Source: a virus (taxonomy: Duplodnaviria > Caudoviricetes). From it: a DNA stretch of 54,966 nt. Within the stretch, counting starts at the first letter, position 1. Every line of letters begins with the position of its first letter. The notes beneath the pieces are model-generated. The model had not been told where the DNA came from. It ran no database searches and saw only the letters and a list, made by a program, of their open reading frames with translations. The DNA lies in the IMG/VR virus record IMGVR_UViG_3300020156_000036, positions 1 through 54,966 of that record; one strand, given 5' to 3'. Shown here in pieces: positions 46,101-54,314 of this stretch. Made by a program: the position numbers and the translations under genes.

Positions 46101-46484
46101 GACCCGAGCATAGATATCAGCAGTCTGGATATACTCGGAGCGAGTCTCACGAGCAGTTTCCATAAGCTGACGTTGACGAGCACCAAGGCTCTCGATTTCG
46201 ACACCAGCAGCAGCAAGCTTGTTACCGGTGGAAGTCCAGGCATCAGCAAGTTGCTGAGCTTCTCTGACTACGGCCCCGACAGCAATAGTCGCGATAGCTT
46301 GGCCCATGCTAAACTGCATGCGGCGACCAGCAGCAGAAACCTGCCGCTCCATGCGATCAGCCGACAGGCCCATCGCACTCATTTCACGGTTAAACTGAGC
46401 GCGACTCATGCGGACGTTGCCGAGATAGCGAGTAGTCCGAGCATCAAGCTCCAGAACTACCTTATCTGCGACAACGTCCACCAT
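43155..46484 (-). CDS. Tape measure protein
   Basis: QLGQALASGNLQGDELRSIREN, VGENGPE; Ala-rich helical, 1109 aa. Confidence 0.95.
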   Translation of the reverse strand: MVDVVADKVVLELDARTTRYLGNVRMSRAQFNREMSAMGLSADRMERQVSAAGRRMQFSMGQAIATIAVGAVVREAQQLADAWTSTGNKLAAAGVEIESLGARQRQLMETARETRSEYIQTADIYARVTRSTQELNATDYQRLRVTELINKAVKAGGATTAEQISTITQLGQALASGNLQGDELRSIRENSPLIARAIATEFGVTIGQLKKLGAEGELTSDRVFSAILKYGPQIDEQFGRTRATIGESFTLLKNEATEFLGTFDRALGVSTGVAEFTQKVANDFDLMAQAVIVSAALVGGAVVGRMTVPLQQAAVSNAKFVASLMQGRTAFQLEAQAARASAGALLRKAQADRDAARESVVATQERINQLRQEALAYQQNIALAEQQRAAVAGIASGRNRGQFVSGADQGAATAARDTATKAMIANRMQLKRVTDELALAEARLNAQHVALSGSLQRVSNAQRVLRTAMSASTAVANAAAVAMRGLGVAMGFFGGPIGIAIMVVAGALAYFSTEAAKAEAAGDNLRATLEEMEQSAGETAQRVDTLAGEQRDGARASTEAARNARDSASAYDSVAVAAANAAEYVKYLTAAQRQQRLEKLDEQITDLRRAQTGGNWSDIFQTDNRERVDNARDRLFREAGFPRGSSRYSSSADLERRALEAAASPNASQALRTAEQEYRNAVAVYNDNNDMLRQAVSARNVIFESIDDPTLERPSPNTSNITTVNGGGGEGSTGGRRGRSRREETREELEARREMAELERRAQLQREAGAESLAQFTEDEITRRRLIAELIDQQYTPEQAEEMAKAHINELRAARELARQTELAEEARERADEQREKDEEARQTRLEQQAFLQEQDLLLQRELARLAGNSERVRELDRIIDRLQRIRALVEQGGLTPEAAENRVTRDEEDLDEAELKGKIKGIVLDPIKDALLEAYRGGDWGQAFADTIEEKSVEGLSNALDILYDFFAEQIAALMNQQGGGGGFDFGSIASSIGSFFGFGKKAAGGANFQSGEVVKVGENGPEYVAFNQAGRVLPNRTETNVRQGDVNLGLSIINATGVPAKATMEKDDQGNTKVRLEPLIDEGIMSAGRRGVVDKAQKSTPRPKRRV
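44236..44322 (+). repeat. 87-bp dispersed element, copy C (inside the tape measure gene)
   Basis: CCACCCGTTGAACCCTCT (18 nt) and TTGACCGTGG (10 nt) identical to copy A at the same spacing. Confidence 0.8.
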
Positions 46485-46485
46485 C

Positions 46486-46746
46486 TCACACCTGTATAGA
46501 GGGGTCGTCGCGCTCGCGCAAACCCTTCAGCTCTTGTTCGTACCACTCCTGGGTGGGTGGCTCAGTGACTATCTCAGTAGCAGTCTTGATATTATGCTCT
46601 TCGACAATCGCTGTATACTGCCAGAGTGTGAGCTCCTCGATCTGAAATGGGCTCAGACCGCCAAGCGTTACTCCGTCTGCGTACGCCGCGGCGAGGTTGA
46701 ACCAGCCGTCTCTGGGGTCTTCGTCGTCGCGGCTTCCCCGTTTCCC
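46486..46746 (-). CDS. Tail assembly chaperone, -1 frameshift extension (gpGT-like)
   Basis: Slippery G GGA AAC at 46746-46740; -1 frame open to TGA at 46486 (..LSPFQIEELTLWQY..). Confidence 0.8.
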   Translation of the reverse strand, partial: GKRGSRDDEDPRDGWFNLAAAYADGVTLGGLSPFQIEELTLWQYTAIVEEHNIKTATEIVTEPPTQEWYEQELKGLRERDDPSIQV

Positions 46747-47135
46747 GACTTCTTAGCCTCCGGCGTATCATAGCCGTGGATACAAGCCTGATAAACGATT
46801 TTCGCGATTTTGTAGACGTCTTCGAGAGGTCGATCGCAATAACGCTCCACCAGTTTATTCGCCAGCTCAGGACTTACTCTGATTTCAGTCTCGCTAACGA
46901 CACCCTGAGCGCCACCCACCAAACCAAGCCGAATGCCTTGAAGCAAGTCTTCGATGTGGTAATGACCCAGCATCACCCGAGCATAGATTTCTCCGATGCC
47001 CGCACCACATTTTTCTTGCAACTCAGCAATCTGCTTGAGTTTGAGTTTGAACAGATACCTGCCATCCCCAAACTCAAGCCAGACTTCATTCGGTGAATAT
47101 GCCCGAGGGTCCTGGCTTACGTCGCCGGAACCCAC
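46668..47135 (-). CDS. Tail assembly chaperone (GTA-gp10-like)
   Basis: IAELQEKCGAG, IRLGLVGG; between tail tube and tape measure. Confidence 0.8.
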   Translation of the reverse strand: MGSGDVSQDPRAYSPNEVWLEFGDGRYLFKLKLKQIAELQEKCGAGIGEIYARVMLGHYHIEDLLQGIRLGLVGGAQGVVSETEIRVSPELANKLVERYCDRPLEDVYKIAKIVYQACIHGYDTPEAKKSGNGEAATTKTPETAGSTSPRRTQTE

Positions 47136-47563
47136 GTGACCTCGCCGCTCGACTCCAGGCTGATCTCGACCTGGGTGAGTTCGCCGTCGTTGCCGGTGAC
47201 CTGGAAGTTGGTCAGCATGAACTGCCCAATCCAGTGGCCGCCGTGTTGCAGGGCCGGCACGGCGATCTCGAAGCGGTAGGTTGCCGCATCTTCATCGTCG
47301 TAAGCCGCCTGGAACGACTCCAGCGATGCCATGTTCAGCAGGCCAGAGCCGCTGATCGAGACGTACTTGCCGGACTTGGCGAGCTCACGCCAGGCCGGCG
47401 CGTCCGGATTGTCACAGTCCGGGACGAACGTTTCGTTCGTATTGGTCTGGAAGTTGATCGCCTTGGCGGTCAGACCGCAGAATGCGGTAAAAACTTCCGG
47501 GTCAGCACCATTGCCCTGCAGGAGCCGGACCTTGGTACCTTTTACGGTAACAGGCTTTGCCAT
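47117..47563 (-). CDS. Tail tube (major tail) protein
   Basis: FCGLT, PDCDNPD, SISGSG, ESSGEV. Confidence 0.88.
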   Translation of the reverse strand: MAKPVTVKGTKVRLLQGNGADPEVFTAFCGLTAKAINFQTNTNETFVPDCDNPDAPAWRELAKSGKYVSISGSGLLNMASLESFQAAYDDEDAATYRFEIAVPALQHGGHWIGQFMLTNFQVTGNDGELTQVEISLESSGEVTWVPAT

Positions 47564-47564
47564 T

Positions 47565-47981
47565 TCAGTCTCCAACGCCCGTCAGGGCTTCGAAAGTGAT
47601 GCGGTCCTGCCAATGAGTAGACTCAGTTTGCGGAACCGCAGTAGTGCGGACGTAAGTCAAGTCGAGACACCAGCCACCGTCCAACTCAAGCTGGGCATCG
47701 TCCAACGAGGCCACGACAGCCGCGCTGATAGCGTTGATCACTCCCGAGTCTTCACCATCGGCAAAAACATTGAGATTGATCGGTATTCTTCCACCCTTGA
47801 TACAGGTGGCGTTGAATGCCTCGATAGACATCCGCGACGGAGCAATGTACGGCTTCTTACGGTTCGCAGGAACTCGCTCCCCATAGATTTGGAGCGCAGG
47901 CACCAACGCAACTACGGTGGCGTCGGCCCGTAAGTGAGCAATCAAAGCTTCGCGTAAAGGTGTGCGGAGGTCTCGAGACAT
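47565..47981 (-). CDS. Tail terminator (DUF3168-like)
   Basis: Synteny; LRADATVVALV..IY..P..PY. Confidence 0.75.
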   Translation of the reverse strand: MSRDLRTPLREALIAHLRADATVVALVPALQIYGERVPANRKKPYIAPSRMSIEAFNATCIKGGRIPINLNVFADGEDSGVINAISAAVVASLDDAQLELDGGWCLDLTYVRTTAVPQTESTHWQDRITFEALTGVGD

Positions 47982-47990
47982 TCGAAATCG

Positions 47991-48311
47991 TTACGTCGCC
48001 GACGTAGTCCCTCCAGCCGTGGTACCAGCGCCGGCAGCCGCGCTCGACGGAGCTTCGGGCTCGCCGAGTTCAGCTTCAGTCGGCATCAGATGCTGACCAT
48101 CGGCGCGCGGCCGCACGCCCTTGGTGTCGGCGTACTGAGCAGCTTCGGCCTTGCTGGGCGCCTTGGTTTCCTCGGCAGCGCCAGCAGCGATCGCTTCTTC
48201 GCCGCACCTCTTGGTGACGTTCTTGACCATGCCCTTCTTATAGGCAACGATCGCCGTGGGACGTTCGCGCCAGTCGAAGTCCCTTTTGAACTTGACCCAC
48301 ATGTCAGACAA
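47991..48311 (-). CDS. Hypothetical virion-module protein
   Basis: WVKF..DFDW..AYKKG pattern. Confidence 0.65.
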   Translation of the reverse strand: MSDMWVKFKRDFDWRERPTAIVAYKKGMVKNVTKRCGEEAIAAGAAEETKAPSKAEAAQYADTKGVRPRADGQHLMPTEAELGEPEAPSSAAAGAGTTAGGTTSAT

Positions 48312-48720
48312 CTCCTCTGCTTGCTGACTTAATCACCGCCGCGATGTCACGACGGATACCAGGCCGTTCTTTTTGACCTGCAGGCCCCAAGAACGGACGT
48401 TCTTCCATCTTTTCAGTACCAAACTCCAGCGGAATAGCGTGATCAGCTGTGAAGGTTGCCTTACCGTGAAGGGTTTGCCGGTTCATCTCGACCTTCCCCG
48501 ATTGGTCGAGTTCATGCGTATCAGCGTTCGGCGGTTCACCCGGCGCGGACGGCACGTGCCCAGGTCCCGAGACCGCACCTTCAAGGATGGAGTCTTGAGC
48601 AGTCTTGACGATGCGTTCCAAGCCTTCCTCGACGACCTGACCAACTCGTCGACGAATAACAGGACTTGAAAGCCTACGTAGACGATCACCGTGCACTCGT
48701 TGTCCGAAAATCTTAGCCAC
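48304..48720 (-). CDS. HK97 gp10-like neck/tail completion protein
   Basis: SAPGEPP, LEFGTEKM, RPFLGPA. Confidence 0.85.
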   Translation of the reverse strand: MAKIFGQRVHGDRLRRLSSPVIRRRVGQVVEEGLERIVKTAQDSILEGAVSGPGHVPSAPGEPPNADTHELDQSGKVEMNRQTLHGKATFTADHAIPLEFGTEKMEERPFLGPAGQKERPGIRRDIAAVIKSASRGVV

Positions 48721-49090
48721 CGGTCACCTCCGTGGCTCGGGCTATATAGGCAGCTCTTACAGGGTCTTGCTTGATCGGAGCCTTCAGCTTCCAATCCTGA
48801 GACTTGCCCTCAACCACCGTTGTGACTTCATCATCTCCGTCCAGTTCAACACCGTCAGGGATGTGATGCTGCAGAATGAGCAAAGCAGAATCTTGTTCAG
48901 AATAGTTCGGCTCACTGCGCATCTCTTCAGTTTGTTCTTCAATCAGAACAAAAATCGGGTACTCCTCATGGGTGCTAGTATAGCCACCCTTCCCGTTGTC
49001 AACGAGATTGGTCTTATGGAGCCATCCGGGGAACAGAAAATCCTCGAACACCTCTCCAAAGAGTTGCTGAAAACCGTCAAGGACGCCCAT
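48713..49090 (-). CDS. Head closure protein
   Basis: Synteny; DNGKGGY. Confidence 0.65.
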   Translation of the reverse strand: MGVLDGFQQLFGEVFEDFLFPGWLHKTNLVDNGKGGYTSTHEEYPIFVLIEEQTEEMRSEPNYSEQDSALLILQHHIPDGVELDGDDEVTTVVEGKSQDWKLKAPIKQDPVRAAYIARATEVTGG

Positions 49091-49475
49091 CGGCCACCAT
49101 GATCGCTGGATGGTTCAGACGGAGCATATCCAGAAACCGTTTACCGAAAGAAGTCCGGCTTAACAGGCTGGCAGTCTTTGTGGTGTCCGCACCAGGTGCC
49201 TTCATCGACACACTGAGCGAAGAAATCTTGATCTGGGAGATGCCAGCGTCGCCTAGCGCCGCAAACTTGGCTTCTCGACCAGTGCCGTGACCATCCATGG
49301 TCAAGACATGGGCTGCATAAAGCAGTTGAGCTTGTTGAAAATCCTCCTCGCGCCAGGTTTGGTCGACCTTATTAGCTGCTTCTCCCAAAGCAGCTTGCAG
49401 CACCGTATCCGCCACCCCAGCGAAGCTGGGGAAGCGGGTTTTCAGGTCCTGTACGGTCGGCGCAACATATGGCAC
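49077..49475 (-). CDS. Head-tail adaptor (DUF4054-like)
   Basis: KTRFPSF, LYAAHVL, TSFGKRF. Confidence 0.8.
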   Translation of the reverse strand: MPYVAPTVQDLKTRFPSFAGVADTVLQAALGEAANKVDQTWREEDFQQAQLLYAAHVLTMDGHGTGREAKFAALGDAGISQIKISSLSVSMKAPGADTTKTASLLSRTSFGKRFLDMLRLNHPAIMVADGRP

Positions 49476-49499
49476 GAGGAGGTTCCAGCCCGAGCAGTC

Positions 49500-50102
49500 T
49501 TACGACTGCTGTTCGGCGCCGTCGCCGGCGTCTTCGGTGTTGTCCGTCGACTCCGCGCCGCCGCCGTCGCCGGGGTCGGTCACGTCACCTTCGTCCGAAG
49601 GGTCGGGGGTCACAGGCGATTGCAGGTTGTGTTCGGCCGCGTAGGCGTTGGCCTCGTCTTCGTTCATCGCCTGCGTGATCTTCTCGTCGCCGCGCATGCC
49701 GTAGAAACGACCGAAGCCACGGTGCTCGACGTGGGTCGGACCGTCGGACTGTTCGTCGTCGAGACCGTCATCGTCGTCGCCGCCAGTCGGTTCTTCCGGC
49801 ACGATATCGCCTTCGCCACCGACCGTGGCAGCATCGACAGGGTTCCCTGTCTTGAGTTCCGGCTGCTCGCCGCCGATGTCCACGCTGGTCGCCTTCGGCA
49901 GGTCATCTTCCGACGCGGGTTCCAACACGAAGTGCTTCAGGTCGATGTAGGGCTGAATGCCCTTGACATCGTTTTCGCTGAGACGAAGGACCTTCGACTC
50001 ATCCTTCTGCAGGCTATGCCCGCCGGTGGCCGTCAGAACCATCCGCGGTCCCGGGGCCTTGTTCGTAACGCGGAAAACCGCGGTCTTCTGTTCGTCGGCC
50101 AC
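49500..50102 (-). CDS. Acidic hypothetical protein downstream of the capsid gene
   Basis: GGAG SD, GTG start; Asp/Glu-rich. Confidence 0.7.
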   Translation of the reverse strand: MADEQKTAVFRVTNKAPGPRMVLTATGGHSLQKDESKVLRLSENDVKGIQPYIDLKHFVLEPASEDDLPKATSVDIGGEQPELKTGNPVDAATVGGEGDIVPEEPTGGDDDDGLDDEQSDGPTHVEHRGFGRFYGMRGDEKITQAMNEDEANAYAAEHNLQSPVTPDPSDEGDVTDPGDGGGAESTDNTEDAGDGAEQQS

Positions 50103-50132
50103 CTCGTGGCACTCCTCTCGCTATGAAACCAG

Positions 50133-50166
50133 CAGCCGCTGACCCAGTTACCCAGGTCAGCGGCTG
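50133..50166 (-). terminator. Hairpin terminator/attenuator after the major capsid gene
   Basis: CAGCCGCTGACCTGG-GTAA-CTGGGTCAGCGGCTG. Confidence 0.75.
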
Positions 50167-50176
50167 TGTTCAGGCC

Positions 50177-51145
50177 CTAGATGCCGTCCAGGTAACGGAC
50201 AGCCGCCTTACGACGGATTTCCGTACCACCCAGGCGGAAGATGCCCGGCACCTTGAAGATGATGGAGCCCGGGACGTTGGCGGCCGTCAAGAAGCGGTGC
50301 GGCATCGGCAGATGCAGCTTCACGACCTGACGATCGTAACGGTAGGCGATCATCCGCTGGGTGCCGCCGGCGCCGGCGGTCTCCAGGCCCAGCACCGCGA
50401 AGACGCGAAGCTGGCGGCCGGTGGTCACCGTCAGGACGTTCGTCCGGAGCAGGTAGCTCAGGATGGACTCATCCGACGTGTCCGACCGAGGCGTCGTGGC
50501 CAGGTAGTTGTACCGTTCCAGCGACATCAGGATGGTGTCCGCGACCTCGATACGCCGGGTGTCGACATAGATGCCGCCGACCAACGCGTTGATGTCACGA
50601 AGCACCTGGTTGGAGGTCTTCGACGGGAAGGTCCGCAGACCGCCAGTGCCGTCGTTGGGCGCGAGGCCCGCCGTGACAGTGGCATTGTTGAGCAGACCAG
50701 CCCAGCCCTTCTCGGCGGCGCCGTAAAGAGCGACCGCGTCGACGAACTCCTCGTAGGCGCGGAGAGCGGCATCGGCACGATCGGTATCCAGCGGAATGCC
50801 CAGGCGACGAGCCTGCGCGATTTCCTCGAGGGTGTACTCGTAGCCGATGGCGGCCATCTCGATGGCGACTTCGGCTTCCGACCGGATGACGTCCGCGTAC
50901 GGCACATCCTGGGCCTTGTGGTGGAACCACTCGGCGCGGCCGACCTTATCGGTCGAGTAGTAGGTGACCGATTTGGCCCACTCATCCAGCCCCGTGTCGA
51001 CCGGCACCAGATTCTGGTACTGGGTATCGGCATAGGGAGTCTCGTAGACCTCGGCCTCGATCTCAGCGGCCTGCTGACGCAGGAAGCTGAGAGCCTGCTG
51101 GGCGTCGAACAGGTCGACGTCCTGGAGCTGAAGTTGTCCGAACAT
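50177..51145 (-). CDS. Major capsid protein (DUF2184-type, HK97 fold)
   Basis: GYEYTLEEI, GLLN, RLGGTEIR..AVRYLDGI; strong codon bias. Confidence 0.92.
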   Translation of the reverse strand: MFGQLQLQDVDLFDAQQALSFLRQQAAEIEAEVYETPYADTQYQNLVPVDTGLDEWAKSVTYYSTDKVGRAEWFHHKAQDVPYADVIRSEAEVAIEMAAIGYEYTLEEIAQARRLGIPLDTDRADAALRAYEEFVDAVALYGAAEKGWAGLLNNATVTAGLAPNDGTGGLRTFPSKTSNQVLRDINALVGGIYVDTRRIEVADTILMSLERYNYLATTPRSDTSDESILSYLLRTNVLTVTTGRQLRVFAVLGLETAGAGGTQRMIAYRYDRQVVKLHLPMPHRFLTAANVPGSIIFKVPGIFRLGGTEIRRKAAVRYLDGI

Positions 51146-51160
51146 GATGTGATCAGCTCC

Positions 51161-51607
51161 TTACGGGTTGACTTCGATGCGAACGAGGGCGCCGGCGGCA
51201 GCAGAGCTGTCGAAGACGGACCGTCCGGCCGCGAAGTTCGCGCCGCCGCCATCCACATTCGTGTAGGCGCCGGCAGGGGTGATGTAGACGGGGTCGCCCT
51301 TGACGACCGCGGCTGCACCGTTGGTGACCCAGATCACACCGCCGCGCTTCGCAGTAGCGTTTTCGCCCTGCTTATAGCGGTCGACGTCCGCGCCCTTGTG
51401 GACGAGGGTGATGTCGATCGGCGTGATGCCCAGGAACTTGGCCGACGGGGTCGCCGTCGCACCGTTGTCCTTGACACCCTGGAAGACCGGCACACCGAAA
51501 CCGACGCCGGCGGCGTCTTCGATGATGACGGTGACGCCGTCGCCAGGACGGCTGTTCGCGATCATGCCCGGCAGGGCCTGCGCGATGCGAGCGTCATACG
51601 GAGGCAT
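51161..51607 (-). CDS. Head decoration/cement protein
   Basis: FGVPV, GVIWV, GDPVY; upstream of the capsid gene. Confidence 0.8.
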   Translation of the reverse strand: MPPYDARIAQALPGMIANSRPGDGVTVIIEDAAGVGFGVPVFQGVKDNGATATPSAKFLGITPIDITLVHKGADVDRYKQGENATAKRGGVIWVTNGAAAVVKGDPVYITPAGAYTNVDGGGANFAAGRSVFDSSAAAGALVRIEVNP

Positions 51608-51613
51608 GGCGCG

Positions 51614-52834
51614 TTACGCTCCTTGTTGGCGGCTGCCGTAATCACGGCCTCCGCGCAGGCGGGCCAGATAGGCATCGCGGCCTTGCGGCTGGTCGGATTG
51701 ACCATCCTGCAGGGTCCGACGAAGCGGCGGGCGGGGCTGAAGCGGCTGATGCAGGGCATCGCCGACGGTCGTCCGGACAGTGTCCTGCGCCGAACCACCG
51801 GCCGGCTTCACCGTGGTGAAGAGGGCTTCGATGTATTCCGGCGAACGGTCCTTGACCGCTTCGGGACCGTAGGCCTTCGAGGCGACGTCCGTCATCAGGT
51901 CGATGTTGGACTTGCCCTTCGGGTCATAGTCCTTGCCGAGGACCTGTTGGACGGTGGCGACGAGGTTGGCACGTTCGGCAACGCGCTTGTCGAGGGCCTC
52001 GTCGGTGACCTGCGCCTTCAGGCCGGTGATTTCACCGTCCTTGGCCTCGAGGGCCTTGGCGTGGTCGGCGGTTGCGGTTTCCAGCGCGGCTTTCGCCGTC
52101 GCCGTCTCCCGCTGAGCGTCGGCCAGCTGAGTCGTCAGCTTGTCGATCGCTTGCGCACCCTGCGGGGTGACCTCGATGGTGAGGCCATCCACGAGGCGCG
52201 TCACGAGCTGAGGGCTCGCCGGCCCGTTTCCGCTCATTTCGTCATCTCCATGACAGTTGCAAGGCACCTCTGTTTGACCCGCGCAGTCTTCACAGATTGC
52301 TCCGTCCGACAAACGACAGGACCCACCACAACGCCCGGCGCCAACAATGGCGATGTGGTTACCTCTGATATTCCGCTTGATCGCGTCGTATTCCTGGCCA
52401 TTCCAGACACCGGACTTCAACTCGATCTCGCAGGAATAACCATCGGAAAGCTCAACCTTGCCGTTATCGACCTTGGCGATCGCTCCGGCGTCCTGGATGA
52501 GGACCTCACCGACGGTATGATCACCTTGACGCGTCCGCTTTCCGAGAGCCACACCGACTCCGTATTTGCGAACGTTCAAAGAGGTAACGTTCTCGGGCGG
52601 ATGATCATCCGTGATCGGAACGTTTTCGAAACTGTCCAGACTCTCCTGGGAGAAGACCTCCTCTTCGGGGCGGTATACCCTAAGAATATCACCAGGAGGA
52701 CGCCCTTGTAAACCTAGCTCACGTGCTGTATACCTTTGAATGCCCACACGGGAAAACGTAGCGCCAACGCGCATACCCCGATGGTCGAGCACGCGGCTGG
52801 TAACCGTGGCCTTATCATGCAGATGAACAGTCAT
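51614..52834 (-). CDS. DUF2213 prohead protease with C-terminal scaffold
   Basis: RVGIQRY, VYRPEEEVF, PITDDHP, ELSDGY, NHIAIV..GRCG. Confidence 0.9.
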   Translation of the reverse strand: MTVHLHDKATVTSRVLDHRGMRVGATFSRVGIQRYTARELGLQGRPPGDILRVYRPEEEVFSQESLDSFENVPITDDHPPENVTSLNVRKYGVGVALGKRTRQGDHTVGEVLIQDAGAIAKVDNGKVELSDGYSCEIELKSGVWNGQEYDAIKRNIRGNHIAIVGAGRCGGSCRLSDGAICEDCAGQTEVPCNCHGDDEMSGNGPASPQLVTRLVDGLTIEVTPQGAQAIDKLTTQLADAQRETATAKAALETATADHAKALEAKDGEITGLKAQVTDEALDKRVAERANLVATVQQVLGKDYDPKGKSNIDLMTDVASKAYGPEAVKDRSPEYIEALFTTVKPAGGSAQDTVRTTVGDALHQPLQPRPPLRRTLQDGQSDQPQGRDAYLARLRGGRDYGSRQQGA

Positions 52835-52838
52835 AACT

Positions 52839-54314
52839 TCAGGCTCCAGCGTCAGGCTCTTGTTCAGAGGGTTTGGGTTCCGGCTCCGTCCCAGTAGGAG
52901 GCTTGGTTTCTTCAGACTTCTTAACAGGTCCAGGGCCAGTCTTTTCACCGTTTTCCTCGAAAGCTGCTTCAAAGCCCGGGAACTGACCATCTTCGATCAG
53001 TTGGTTCGCCTGAGTGCGAGCCAGGACTTCCATCGGAATGAGATTAGTCTCAGCGATCGTGCGAATCGTATCCGCACGGGTTTTCGAGACAGCTGCAGCA
53101 TCTTTCTCACTCATCTGCCACAGCGGCGCCCACACGTAATACATATCACGCGGCGATTTACCCAAAGCAGAGCGCTTAACCATCTCATCCAACGGCGCTA
53201 TGGCAGGGCTCAACTCACTTTTTTGTTCTGATTTGACTCGATCGTAATAGACGCGCTCTTCCGTATCGCCGGTGGCGTTAAGGCCTTGAGGCGACAGACC
53301 AACCATCAGGGTTGCTGGAATAGACAGAGCTCCAGAAGCGATCTGCAGATACAGCTTCAGAATATCCGGCAATTGCGTAAAGTTGATTTGTTTGCGTTCC
53401 CACTGCTCTTCAGAATCCAGGATGAGAGTGTTCTGCGAAGACTTGGCGGCCGCGGCGTACATAAAGCGCTTGGTGAGGCGTTCCGTATAGTCCGCGGTCG
53501 ACAGGTGTTCCATCAGGTTCGGAATACGCACGACATCGATCTTGGCCTCTTGCACCAGGCCCGCAATACCAGCCTGAGCCACGGCGGCGTGCATGATCGC
53601 GTCCTTCACCACCTGCAGAACCGAGTCAGACCAGAAATCGTTCTCGCCCTTAGCCAAACGACGATGCGGAACCTGATTGCCGAAGAAGCGGATAACTCGC
53701 GAGGGGTGGATGCGCGGGTAACGCACGCTACGAGCACTGCCCTGATTGGTCAGCTGCAGTTCCCAGTACATGGGTTCACCAAACCAAGGCGAAAGCAGGT
53801 CGGTGTCTAGCCCAATCGGACGAAGGTCATAGCGAGAGACCGGCAGGAGATACTTCAGACCACCCCTCGTGACCTGAGAGGGGATGAGAGGCTCGTCCGG
53901 GTTCCCAGGACCACCAATGATAATAGCCCCACCCCCGTAGAGTCGACCGAGGATACGAGCCTTCTTAATCGCAGCCCACATCCCCAGCCGAGCTTCCTCG
54001 AGCTCGATCTTTTCGATGTTGTCTTTCTTGGTTTGCCAGTTACGACCTTGGCGAACCGAGTCCTCCGCTGGCAACAGAACAGCCTTGCGGGCAATCCAAT
54101 CGCCACGGAACGAGTTCTCGAGCTCGACTTCGCCCATCGGAGCGAATACAAACTGATTGGCCGTATTCTTGTCATGCGACATGCCAAGACCTGAGACCAG
54201 GTTCAGCATAGAGTCGAAGAGCATCACACCCTTGTCAGCCGCGGCTTGGGCTCCACCAGGCGGCAAGCGCTGGGCAGTGGCCGGGTCGACGTCGGTGTAT
54301 GGAGTATCGGTCAT
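52839..54314 (-). CDS. Portal protein (DUF1073-type)
   Basis: RLYGGG, IHPSRVIRF, IPATLMVGLSPQGLNATG. Confidence 0.92.
   Translation of the reverse strand: MTDTPYTDVDPATAQRLPPGGAQAAADKGVMLFDSMLNLVSGLGMSHDKNTANQFVFAPMGEVELENSFRGDWIARKAVLLPAEDSVRQGRNWQTKKDNIEKIELEEARLGMWAAIKKARILGRLYGGGAIIIGGPGNPDEPLIPSQVTRGGLKYLLPVSRYDLRPIGLDTDLLSPWFGEPMYWELQLTNQGSARSVRYPRIHPSRVIRFFGNQVPHRRLAKGENDFWSDSVLQVVKDAIMHAAVAQAGIAGLVQEAKIDVVRIPNLMEHLSTADYTERLTKRFMYAAAAKSSQNTLILDSEEQWERKQINFTQLPDILKLYLQIASGALSIPATLMVGLSPQGLNATGDTEERVYYDRVKSEQKSELSPAIAPLDEMVKRSALGKSPRDMYYVWAPLWQMSEKDAAAVSKTRADTIRTIAETNLIPMEVLARTQANQLIEDGQFPGFEAAFEENGEKTGPGPVKKSEETKPPTGTEPEPKPSEQEPDAGA

Noticed and set aside
50123-52711. 862-aa + strand ORF (and 50527..51318 -)
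   Set aside because: Shadow or alternative frames of the GC3-biased capsid and protease genes; no motifs.
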